A stretch of DNA of 53,257 bases from a virus (Duplodnaviria; Caudoviricetes): positions 1 through 53,257 of the IMG/VR virus record IMGVR_UViG_3300030376_008154. One strand, given 5' to 3'. Numbering within the stretch: the first letter of the stretch is position 1; every line of letters begins with the position of its first letter. The position numbers were made by a program, and so were the translations under genes. Under the pieces are notes generated by a model. The model saw nothing but the letters and a program-made list of their open reading frames with translations. It was not told the origin of the DNA and ran no database searches. Shown here piece by piece: positions 9,121 to 17,565 of this stretch.

Positions 9121-9687
9121 ATGTTAGATAGTTTATTAGTCGGTGTAATGTTATTTAGCTCACTTGCAGTGAGAACACCAAACACAAAGCCTAATCCTGA
9201 TGACTACGAGGTTAGTATAGGTGTTAGCCATCCAGATTATTATTTCAATCGTCAATGGGAAAGAGAATTGGGGACTAAGTATATTGATGATTTATTTTGG
9301 GCTAAGTTCGATAATGGTGTATATTTTAAACCAGAGTACATGAATAAAGAAAGTAAATCTGTCAAATATTTAAAGATTGACTGGCGTAGGAGTTTTAAAG
9401 GACTCAGTGCTGGTTTAACCACTCGTTCTATAACGGATAAATTAGATGTTTATGAAACCTTTGTTTCGGTGGGTTGGAGTAAGAAAAAAACCTATTGGGA
9501 AAAGGTAGATATAGAATTTTCTGTTGATGGTTACTCTCCACCTGAGCAAGATTTTGAATATGAGAATAAATTTAAAGTTAGCTGGAAACTAACAGAGAAA
9601 ATAAGACTATATAATTTAGGCGAGATATCAAAGCTTAAAGGAACTCAGTTTTATAAAGCTAAAGTTGGTGTAGAGTATTCTTTATAA
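9121..9687 (+). CDS. Putative outer-membrane beta-barrel protein
   Basis: Hydrophobic N-terminus, repeated amphipathic strands (YEVSIGVSH, TFVSVGWSK, FEYENKFKVSWKL) and a C-terminal KAKVGVEYSL beta-signal-like strand. Confidence 0.6.
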   Translation: MLDSLLVGVMLFSSLAVRTPNTKPNPDDYEVSIGVSHPDYYFNRQWERELGTKYIDDLFWAKFDNGVYFKPEYMNKESKSVKYLKIDWRRSFKGLSAGLTTRSITDKLDVYETFVSVGWSKKKTYWEKVDIEFSVDGYSPPEQDFEYENKFKVSWKLTEKIRLYNLGEISKLKGTQFYKAKVGVEYSL

Positions 9688-9716
9688 TCCGTTATATTTA
9701 TATTTGTATAACGGAG
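9688..9716 (+). promoter_or_regulatory. Hairpin containing an ATATTTATA motif and occluding the RBS of the holin-like gene
   Basis: TCCGTTATA (9688-9696) is the exact reverse complement of TATAACGGA (9707-9715); SD GGAG at 9713-9716. Confidence 0.65.
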
Positions 9717-9722
9717 AAATTT

Positions 9723-10043
9723 ATGCCAGATAAAAAATTATATAAGGGAAATGAGGATAAAGTTATAGACCAAAAACACTATATTAATTCTAAATTAGTA
9801 GAGATTATAGAATACAGACAATCACGAAAGTGGTATATTAGTATTGCTGTTGTCTCTTTGTTTTCTACTATATTAGCACTTATGATATTTTTTATGGCTC
9901 AAGGTAAAGATGTAACGAGTGGTTGGAAAGAAATACTATTACTAATGTTAGGTGGATTTGTTGGTTCATTCGCAAAAGTCATTGACTTTTGGTTTAACAA
10001 TCAAGAAAACGATAATAAACTTTTAGAACATGCGGACGATTGA
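9723..10043 (+). CDS. Two-TM holin-like membrane protein
   Basis: Two TM segments, the second ending LGGFVGSFAKVIDFWF; lies upstream of the endolysin. Confidence 0.55.
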   Translation: MPDKKLYKGNEDKVIDQKHYINSKLVEIIEYRQSRKWYISIAVVSLFSTILALMIFFMAQGKDVTSGWKEILLLMLGGFVGSFAKVIDFWFNNQENDNKLLEHADD

Positions 10044-10045
10044 TT

Positions 10046-10687
10046 ATGAATATAGCAACTATAGCTGGACATTTAGCCTTTGGATTAATAGCCTTTTCTT
10101 TTCTGGTCAAGGACATATTATGGTTACGGGTTGTATCTATATTAGCGAGTCTTTTCTCGGTATTTTATAATTATTTCATACCAATTGAACCCATGTGGTT
10201 GGCTATCAATTGGAATATCGTCTTTGTTCTTGTAAATCTCTATCACATAGCAGTTATCGTATATGAAAAACGACCTATTAAAATGGCACCAAAAGACAAA
10301 GAGTTATACGAAACTCTGTTTAAAGATTTAAGTCCTGTTGAATATCTAAAGATAACAAAGATAGCAGAATGGAAAAAATTTAAAGCTGGTGATACTTTAA
10401 TTAGAGAATCACATATGGTTACTGATTTAATTTTAATATACAATGGAACTGTTGATGTCAATGTAAAAGGTGAAAAAGTTGCTGAATTAAAAGATGGGCA
10501 GTTCGTAGGCGAGATGTCATTCCTTACAGAGAAATCAGCAACTGCTGATTGTGTGGTAAAGCATGATACTGAATGTATATTATGGAAACAGCCTGAGTTT
10601 AAGGATTTATTAAAAAGAAACCCATCTTTGTATTATACCATACAGGGTTTATTAAGTAATCAATTGATAAGCTACAGTAGTAAGTAA
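10046..10687 (+). CDS. Popeye-like membrane protein with C-terminal cyclic-nucleotide-binding domain
   Basis: Three TM helices (…KDILWLR…WNIVFVLVNLY) then a cNMP-binding fold (GDTLIRE, LIYNGTVDV, GQFVGEMSFLT, ATADC). Confidence 0.85.
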   Translation: MNIATIAGHLAFGLIAFSFLVKDILWLRVVSILASLFSVFYNYFIPIEPMWLAINWNIVFVLVNLYHIAVIVYEKRPIKMAPKDKELYETLFKDLSPVEYLKITKIAEWKKFKAGDTLIRESHMVTDLILIYNGTVDVNVKGEKVAELKDGQFVGEMSFLTEKSATADCVVKHDTECILWKQPEFKDLLKRNPSLYYTIQGLLSNQLISYSSK

Positions 10688-10698
10688 AGGAGAAAAAA

Positions 10699-11175
10699 AT
10701 GTTAATTAATTTTGACGAAATAATTGAAGTAGTATTACACCACGAAGGTGGATATGTAAACGATCCTGATGATCCAGGAGGAGAGACTAATTTTGGTATA
10801 GCTAAACGTAGTCATCCCGATGTAGATATTGCTAACCTAACAAAAGATGGTGCTAAAGAAATCTACAAAGAACATTATTGGGATAAAAATAAAGTAGAAT
10901 CTTTATCAGAAGATTTAAGACATATTTATTTTGATATGTGTGTAAATCAAGGTAGAGGAAGAGCAGTAAAAATTCTTCAACAAGCTGCTAATGCTAAAGG
11001 TGCTGATTTAGTCGTAGATGGTGGAATGGGTCCTAAGACTATTGCTGCTATGGACGGTGTAGAACTACAAAGAGTTAGAGCATATAGAGTAAAGTATTAT
11101 GCTGATTTAGTAACCCGAAAGCCTGACTTAGAAAAATTTTACTTTGGATGGTTTCGTAGAGCATTGGAAGTATAA
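10699..11175 (+). CDS. Endolysin, glycoside hydrolase family 108
   Basis: HEGGYVNDPDDPGGETNFGI, FDMCVNQG, VDGGMGPKT and C-terminal F..GW..R. Confidence 0.93.
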   Translation: MLINFDEIIEVVLHHEGGYVNDPDDPGGETNFGIAKRSHPDVDIANLTKDGAKEIYKEHYWDKNKVESLSEDLRHIYFDMCVNQGRGRAVKILQQAANAKGADLVVDGGMGPKTIAAMDGVELQRVRAYRVKYYADLVTRKPDLEKFYFGWFRRALEV

Positions 11176-11406
11176 ATGGCTAGGTATAGAATAATAAAAA
11201 CATTTATGACCAAACCTGAGGAGTGGGATTTTAAACATGGGACATGGCCACCAAATCCTACTGCGTGGGTTGCTCAATTAGATGATAGTGATACACTTTG
11301 GGAGTTTAGTGGAAGTAATGCATCTGCTTCTGCAGTTACTAAAAAAGACGAATTACAATCAGCTGATGTTAATCGAAAATATAAGATAGAAGAATTACCT
11401 GAATGA
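11176..11406 (+). CDS. Hypothetical protein
   Basis: 76-aa ORF abutting the endolysin stop. Confidence 0.6.
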   Translation: MARYRIIKTFMTKPEEWDFKHGTWPPNPTAWVAQLDDSDTLWEFSGSNASASAVTKKDELQSADVNRKYKIEELPE

Positions 11407-11882
11407 ATAATAAGTTATATGTAGATAAACTAAAAGCAGAAGTAAAGTTTTTGAAATTGGAGTCGCAGTATATAAGAAGTTTATTTGAAAGTGCATTATT
11501 AGAATTTAATAATCAGTTTAAAGAAAATTTAGAAAATAAAAAAACTCAACAAAACCAAAAACCAAAAAAGTCTAAGAGTAAAAACTTGGATAAGATATAC
11601 AAAAAAATAGCTAATAAAGTACATCCTGATAAGCCACTTGGGAGTAAAGCAACTTTCAATGAACTAACTAATTTAGTTGAACAAAATGATTTAAGTGGTT
11701 TGATGAATATGGCCGAAACTTATAATATAGATGTTATGAAAGATATTAATATTAAAACATACGAAGTAGTTGTTGATGATTTAAAAGATACTATAGATGA
11801 GTATAAATCTACTATAGCATATCAATGGAAATATAGTAATCAGGCTACAAAAAATAAAATAGAGTCTATTATAAAAAAGTAG
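11403..11882 (+). CDS. J-domain-like (DnaJ-type) protein
   Basis: YKKIANKVHPDK helix II-HPD motif. Confidence 0.75.
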   Translation: MNNKLYVDKLKAEVKFLKLESQYIRSLFESALLEFNNQFKENLENKKTQQNQKPKKSKSKNLDKIYKKIANKVHPDKPLGSKATFNELTNLVEQNDLSGLMNMAETYNIDVMKDINIKTYEVVVDDLKDTIDEYKSTIAYQWKYSNQATKNKIESIIKK

Positions 11883-11904
11883 TATGGTGATATTTATATA
11901 TAAT

Positions 11905-12000
11905 TCATACCACCGAAAGAATGGGGAGCATATTTAAGATGGGTGGAGATATTTTTATTTCTCAAAGATTGATAACCCGCTCTACTTTCGTCTGGTGTGA
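11905..12000 (+). ncRNA. Candidate structured ncRNA, family unassigned
   Basis: Nested stems TCATACCA/TGGTGTGA, CGAAAG/CTTTCG, GGAGC/GCTCT, GGGT/ACCC and GAGA/TCTC; ATATTTATA motif upstream and a T-run downstream. Confidence 0.55.
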
Positions 12001-12158
12001 TTTTTTACAAAAAAAAATGTTTTTTTTACATAAAACTTAATATTTATATATACAATATGACATACGCACAAATGTGGTATAGATATTGTAACATATGTTT
12101 GTATTGCTCATAATGAGAATACAAGTTTGACTAACAGTAAACAACATGGAGAAATAAA

Positions 12159-12635
12159 ATGACTAAAGTTACTTTTCATCGCGGATTGCCCGTAATAGAT
12201 AGAGATTCCTTTTTAACACCGTTTGATAGAATGTTTGATGAAATTGTAGGAAAATCTTTTCCTGAAATCAATCAACAAGTTGGAGTAAACCCATTCCAAG
12301 GTACAGCATATCCAAAAGTTAACGTATATGAATACGATGACAAAATTGGAGTGATTGCTGAAATACCTGGTTTGGATAAGAAGGATTTAACTGTCGAAGT
12401 TGAGGAAGGTATATTAACCGTATCTGGTGAAAAATCACATGGATTCTTTGATGAAACCAAAGCTAAAGTACTGAGACGTGAGTTGAAACATTCACAGTTC
12501 AAAAGGCAATTTACTTTGGGTGATATGTTAGATGGAGAAAGTATCTCTGCTAACTTCAAAGATGGTATCTTATCAATAGAGATTCCAAAAATTGAACCCG
12601 AACTTCCAAAGAAAAACGTTGTCAAAATTAAGTAA
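12159..12635 (+). CDS. hsp20: Small heat-shock protein (Hsp20/alpha-crystallin)
   Basis: PKVNVYE, AEIPGLDKKDL, LTVSGEK, FKRQFTL and ANFKDGILSIEIPK motifs, plus a C-terminal VKI. Confidence 0.95.
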   Translation: MTKVTFHRGLPVIDRDSFLTPFDRMFDEIVGKSFPEINQQVGVNPFQGTAYPKVNVYEYDDKIGVIAEIPGLDKKDLTVEVEEGILTVSGEKSHGFFDETKAKVLRRELKHSQFKRQFTLGDMLDGESISANFKDGILSIEIPKIEPELPKKNVVKIK

Positions 12636-12816
12636 TAAATTAATTTCGACTAACAATAGGTTGTATTATGTTCTTGGAACGGCTTCGGTAAATTCTGGTT
12701 ATAACGTAGATGAACTCAAAAAGATGTGGAGATTAGCTGATGCCGTTCTCAAGAACGGAAATAAATACTATATATGTAATGAAATCATAAATGCAGAATT
12801 TAAAGTTATAAAATAG
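12592..12816 (+). CDS. Hypothetical protein (true start probably downstream of 12592)
   Basis: Fills the gap after Hsp20. Confidence 0.5.
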   Translation: MNPNFQRKTLSKLSNKLISTNNRLYYVLGTASVNSGYNVDELKKMWRLADAVLKNGNKYYICNEIINAEFKVIK

Positions 12817-12854
12817 GTTAAGTATATTTATTATTAATATACAGGAGAACCTTA

Positions 12855-13733
12855 ATGTTTGAACAATCTAAACAATTCAATAAGTTAGTTGGATTTTCGG
12901 CTTTATCTATTGCCGGTAGTGCAGCTTTCTTTTCAGTTTATGGTTTATCAAAGTTATTTGCAGGAGCTCAACTTGCTGTAATAATTATGGCAGGTTCATT
13001 GGAGTTTGGGAAACTAGTTGCGGCGTCGTTTTTATATAGGTACTGGAAAGTAATAAATACATTTCATAAAACCTATATGACAATAGCAACCATAATACTA
13101 ATACTGATTACCTCAGCTGGTATATTTGGTTTTCTATCTAACGCATATCAAGGTGCTACAGTATCTTTTGAGAAAGAAACTACCGCGTTACTATATAAAG
13201 AAGATAGACTAGACCAATTAAAAGAAGATAAAACATTTCTTAAAGAAGAGTTAGAAGCAGCTGTAGCTGAGTTACCTGATAATTACAGAACAGCAAAAAG
13301 AAAACTCAGAGAAGAATATCAACCAAAGATAAATAAAATTAATGAAGATATAATAAATCTCAAAAGTGAAGTTGGTGATTTAAAAGTACAGATAATTGAA
13401 ACTGGTGTTGAAGTCGGACCTGCTATTTATTTGGCGAAAGTATTTGATACTGATGTCGATACTGTAGTTAAATTCTTTATCTTTGTACTTATATTTGTTT
13501 TTGATCCAATGGCAGTAATATTTGTGATAAGTTACAATGTAACCTTATTAGATCAAAAAAATTCTCCAAAAGCTAGTTCCAATACCAACATTACCACAAA
13601 GAAAAAATGGTGGGAAGTTTATGGTGAAAAAGATAAAAAGGTAGAAGTACCGATAACTGTAAATCAAGAAACTGGAGAGGAAGAAGAACTTCCAACACCA
13701 CGTGGTGCAATAATTAGGAAAAAAAAGACTTGA
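12855..13733 (+). CDS. Multi-TM membrane protein with central coiled coil
   Basis: Three N-terminal TM segments, a coiled coil, then a TM ending FVFDP; AGGAG RBS. Confidence 0.75.
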   Translation: MFEQSKQFNKLVGFSALSIAGSAAFFSVYGLSKLFAGAQLAVIIMAGSLEFGKLVAASFLYRYWKVINTFHKTYMTIATIILILITSAGIFGFLSNAYQGATVSFEKETTALLYKEDRLDQLKEDKTFLKEELEAAVAELPDNYRTAKRKLREEYQPKINKINEDIINLKSEVGDLKVQIIETGVEVGPAIYLAKVFDTDVDTVVKFFIFVLIFVFDPMAVIFVISYNVTLLDQKNSPKASSNTNITTKKKWWEVYGEKDKKVEVPITVNQETGEEEELPTPRGAIIRKKKT

Positions 13734-13759
13734 CTTGTATTGCAATTCTTTTGTAGCTT
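13730..13759 (+). promoter_or_regulatory. Class-I promoter, copy 4
   Basis: TTGACT-tgtattgcaattcttttg-TAGCTT. Confidence 0.78.
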
Positions 13760-13785
13760 AACATATAAAGAAGAGGTAAAAAATC

Positions 13786-14304
13786 ATGATAAAAACAAAA
13801 AGTGCTATTGCGGTGATAGTAACTATTACAATAATAAATGGTTTATTTTCAACTAAGATGTTTAAGAAATACGATAATATGTATCGTTCACAAATTACTG
13901 AATTGAAAATCAGTAATGATAGATTAAAGAATACACTTTCTGAATATCAGAAGTATGGTGTGATTGTGGATGTTACAATGTATCAGCCTGACAGAATACA
14001 ATGTGATGATACACCTGATATTACCGCAGACGGTACTCGTATTAGAATACACAAAGCTTCAGAATATAAGTTTGTAGCACTATCTCGTAACCTACTTAAA
14101 AGGTGGGGTGGTCCTTTTGATTACGGTGATTTCATCTTAATTAAAGACGCAGGACACAAAGATGGTGTATATCAAGTAAGGGATACTATGAATCCAAAAT
14201 GGGTTAATGTCGTAGATATCTTAGAATCAAAAGGTGTTGAACCGTATAAGTTCACCAACGCTCACATCTTTAAATTACCATGGGTGGACACACAAAAAGG
14301 ATAA
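13786..14304 (+). CDS. Membrane-anchored 3D-domain (peptidoglycan-active) protein
   Basis: VTMY...QCDDTPDITADG...VALSR...V.DTM....VDI pattern; N-terminal TM. Confidence 0.8.
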   Translation: MIKTKSAIAVIVTITIINGLFSTKMFKKYDNMYRSQITELKISNDRLKNTLSEYQKYGVIVDVTMYQPDRIQCDDTPDITADGTRIRIHKASEYKFVALSRNLLKRWGGPFDYGDFILIKDAGHKDGVYQVRDTMNPKWVNVVDILESKGVEPYKFTNAHIFKLPWVDTQKG

Positions 14305-14311
14305 ATAAGTT

Positions 14312-14734
14312 ATGGCAACTAAAATGAAATATCATCAGTATACAGAAAACGGCAAGTTATATATGGCTTGTAAAAATAACTGTGGACATTACGAAGTGGT
14401 TGGAGACAATACAATATCTACTACGTGTTGGAGTTGTGTAATGCAAGTAGTTGGAATTCCAAAAGAACCAAAAAGAAAAGCACCTTCGGGTAGACCAGCT
14501 GGATGGCACTTTATGAATGAGTTCGTAGATAAAGATGGTAATGTTTTTCACAAAGGTGTTGAACAGCCAAATTTAAAAGGAACATTAAAACCGACTAAAA
14601 TTGTTGCAAAGAAAAAAATCAAACGTAGAACCAAAGAGCAAATACTATTAGCTAGAGAAGCTGAAAAGAAAGCTGCACTTAAAAAAGCGGTTAAGAAACA
14701 GAAAGATTTTTTGAATCATAAATTTGGGAAGTAA
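14312..14734 (+). CDS. Hypothetical basic protein with Cys cluster
   Basis: CKNNC...CWSC, then GRPAGWHFMNEFVDKDG and a Lys-rich tail. Confidence 0.65.
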   Translation: MATKMKYHQYTENGKLYMACKNNCGHYEVVGDNTISTTCWSCVMQVVGIPKEPKRKAPSGRPAGWHFMNEFVDKDGNVFHKGVEQPNLKGTLKPTKIVAKKKIKRRTKEQILLAREAEKKAALKKAVKKQKDFLNHKFGK

Positions 14735-14740
14735 ATAAAT

Positions 14741-15487
14741 TTGAAATTAGAAGATTTTAAACCACAATTTTTAGAATTGAAAGATGATGTACCGTTAGCA
14801 GATAATGGTCATCATAAAAAACATAAAATTGAAAAACAAGTGAATTGGTTTCTTAAGCGTAAGGTTATTGATTGTACTAAGAATGAAAATTCCATTATCA
14901 AAAAGAAACTCAAGGAGGTTACAGTTGAAGAAGGATTGGTTATTGCAAAAGAACTATTTCAGATACTTGTCGAAAGAAAAGACGGTATTGGGTTGGCAGC
15001 TAATCAAGTGGGAATTGATGCACAAGTGGCCGTTGTCAATGTTCGTGAACCTTTGGTACTCATCAATCCGAAGATTGTATCGAAGGAAAATGAGATACCT
15101 TATTATGAGGGTTGTTTATCTTATCCAGGCAAAGGAGTACATACCAAGCGATATCAAACAGTAGAAATTACTACTGCTCAGGTAGAGGGTAGTTGGATAT
15201 TTTCTGGTGTAGACACCGGCGAACTTTCCAAAGGTAGTTGGGAAAAAGATGAATCTAAACAGGATAAACAATTGAGAACTTTGGAAGCCGTATGTATTCA
15301 GCATGAGATAGATCACTTAAATGGTAAGGTAATTATGGACAGAAAAGTGGAAACGACTATCAAAAGAGTTGAGAAAAAGATTGGTCGTAATCATTTAGTT
15401 ACAATCAAAAAAGGTGATGCAGTTAAAGTATTGAAATACAAAAAAGCAGAAAAGTTTTTAAATGATGGGTGGTCTATTAAAGAATGA
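14741..15487 (+). CDS. def: Peptide deformylase (start uncertain)
   Basis: All three PDF motifs: GIGLAANQVG, EGCLS and QHEIDHLNG. Confidence 0.95.
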   Translation: MKLEDFKPQFLELKDDVPLADNGHHKKHKIEKQVNWFLKRKVIDCTKNENSIIKKKLKEVTVEEGLVIAKELFQILVERKDGIGLAANQVGIDAQVAVVNVREPLVLINPKIVSKENEIPYYEGCLSYPGKGVHTKRYQTVEITTAQVEGSWIFSGVDTGELSKGSWEKDESKQDKQLRTLEAVCIQHEIDHLNGKVIMDRKVETTIKRVEKKIGRNHLVTIKKGDAVKVLKYKKAEKFLNDGWSIKE

Positions 15488-16080
15488 GAAAAGCTTTAAA
15501 AGATTATATAGACAGTCCTTTACGCTATAACAAAAACGGCGATTTAATGTATAATAATATGAGTATTATGAATAACTTTGAATTGCCTTTGATAAATTAT
15601 ATAGCAGAATCTATTGTATCTAAAAATGACAAAGTTCTTAACGTGGGGTATGGTCTGGGATTCTTTGATAAAAAAGTACAAGACATTGGTGTAAGCTCAC
15701 ATACAATAATTGAATGTCATCCAGATGTAGTAAAGACAATAAAATTAGATAATGTAGAATTATACTCGAGTATATGGCAATCTATAATACCGAAATTGGT
15801 TGAAGATAAAAGAGTTTTTGATTGTATATTCTTTGATACTTATATGTTTAATAAAGAATGCCTTAAAGATGAGTGGTTTAAATTTATAGAACTTAGTAAA
15901 CCATTGATTGCTGATAATGGTAAAATTTGTATGTTTAATTGGTTCAAAGATGAAGTTGATATTACAAATGAATTAAAAAATAGAATGAGTGAGTTTACTT
16001 TAATAGAAGAAAACTTTAATCTTGACAATTCAATGTGTAACTTAACTTATAAGCATTTGTATTGGAGAAAGGGTAGATAA
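15484..16080 (+). CDS. Class I SAM-dependent methyltransferase (GAMT/RMT2-like)
   Basis: VLNVGYGLG, HTIIECHPDV and FDCIFFDTY. Confidence 0.8.
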   Translation: MRKALKDYIDSPLRYNKNGDLMYNNMSIMNNFELPLINYIAESIVSKNDKVLNVGYGLGFFDKKVQDIGVSSHTIIECHPDVVKTIKLDNVELYSSIWQSIIPKLVEDKRVFDCIFFDTYMFNKECLKDEWFKFIELSKPLIADNGKICMFNWFKDEVDITNELKNRMSEFTLIEENFNLDNSMCNLTYKHLYWRKGR

Positions 16081-16083
16081 CTT

Positions 16084-16617
16084 GTGACATATCAGTTAGA
16101 ATTATTTGATAAAAGTGATATTCAAATAAGAGATGAAATAAAGTTTTACTTTGACTATCTACAAACTGCTAATGACGCGTTTGGAGGTTTACCTGTCTGT
16201 CCATTTTTAAAAGCAGAAATTGAAAGTAATAAACTAATGATTGAGATTTGGAAACCAGATGAAAATAGTTTCAATGATATTTGGAATAAATTCGAAGAGT
16301 CTAATTTTGATTCTGCAATTATTATATGTATTAATACAGAAGGTATAAATTGGCAAGATGTAGATAGGAAGGGATATCAAAAATTTATACAAAAGTATCT
16401 AAAGAAAACAAAGTATAAAGCATTATGTTTTTCACCCTTTGAAGAACACACAGCTGCTGGAGAAGAGACAAGAAAGAAATCACCTTATTTTTTAATCAAC
16501 ATTGCAACACGAGATGCTTTAAATGATGCACATAAAAAATTATTAAATACAAAGTATTTTAAAAATTTTTCTAATAAAGAATTAAAAACCTTAAAAGTAG
16601 TAAAGGAAGAAAAATGA
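16084..16617 (+). CDS. Hypothetical protein (DUF1415-like CPF motif)
   Basis: GGLPVCPF near the N-terminus and SPYFLINI near the C-terminus; GTG start. Confidence 0.6.
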   Translation: MTYQLELFDKSDIQIRDEIKFYFDYLQTANDAFGGLPVCPFLKAEIESNKLMIEIWKPDENSFNDIWNKFEESNFDSAIIICINTEGINWQDVDRKGYQKFIQKYLKKTKYKALCFSPFEEHTAAGEETRKKSPYFLINIATRDALNDAHKKLLNTKYFKNFSNKELKTLKVVKEEK

Positions 16618-17126
16618 AATCAGTAAGAGAAATAATTAAAGGTATGGTTGATAAATACCCTAATGATATGCAACTGGGTGCCAGAGTCAGGCGGTATATT
16701 CGTTGGTTATATGAAGGTAAAGAAGATACAAAAGAAAAAACTGATAAATCTAAATGGTCGGCGTGAAAAGGAATTGGGTATATTATATGATAAAAGGTAT
16801 TAAAAATATGTTTGGTAAGAAGACACCTTCAAATTGGATAGAGGGTATGTCTATTGAATTGAAAGGAAATAGAAAAATAAATTGGAACAATGTATTCGTT
16901 TACTTTATTTTTTTACCCGGTATGAGTTATGTATTTTTTTATGCAGTATATTGTTTATGGAGATTGTATAATGGGTAGATTAGGAGAATGGGATAAAGTT
17001 GATAAAAAACCGAGACCTATAAACTATACTAAACAGGATGAATATTTTGATTATTTCAAATTTATTCTGATATTTATTATTGGATATTTATATTTTCATT
17101 TCATTATTATGGGATGGAATATTTAA
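16614..17126 (+). other. Three small ORFs (16614..16766, 16754..16978, 16929..17126), the last two with C-terminal TM segments
   Basis: Overlapping co-oriented ORFs; starts of the last two are probably later than the track shows. Confidence 0.5.
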
Positions 17127-17129
17127 CTT

Positions 17130-17548
17130 GGGGCTGAACTTGGTATCGATTATTATAATCAGTTTAACGAGTGCAGCAGAGATTGAGTCAATATCTCGCG
17201 ACAAAAGACTCACTACTCTTAATTGGCGAAGTATCGCTAGACGGGTTGAACATTGATTGGCATTTGGCCGAGTATGATTACTCACCAGCACCAATCGGTG
17301 ATTATCAACCATCTTACTCATACGCTGCGTAAGATACTGAGTTGTCTAACACTCGGTCATAAAATAAGTTAGACGAACTCTCTTTAGCTAGGATGAAGTT
17401 AGAGATTAAAGAAACTGCCAGTTGGTCACTCTGTGGAAAGTGATGGGTGTGTTGTAGGTGCAGTCTCCGAGGGTTAGAACCTAACTAAGCTGTGAATGAC
17501 TTAGTAAATAGATATAGTAAGACGGGGGTTCGAATCCCCCCAGCTCCA
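17130..17548 (+). ncRNA. ssrA: tmRNA
   Basis: GGGGCTG/CAGCTCCA acceptor with G3-U70; T-arm GGGGG-TTCGAAT-CCCCC; pseudoknot 1 (GAGAT/ATCTC, TGAGTC/GACTCA); internal tag frame 17225..17332 ending YSYAA-TAA. Confidence 0.95.
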
Positions 17549-17565
17549 CAAAATTAGGATAAAGT

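Noticed and set aside
12099-12124. CIRCE/HrcA operator upstream of hsp20
   Set aside because: It is palindromic but does not match TTAGCACTC-N9-GAGTGCTAA in sequence or spacing.
16021-16055. Sixth class-I promoter at TTGACA inside the methyltransferase gene
   Set aside because: It lacks the TAGCTT box at 18 nt and the conserved spacer core.
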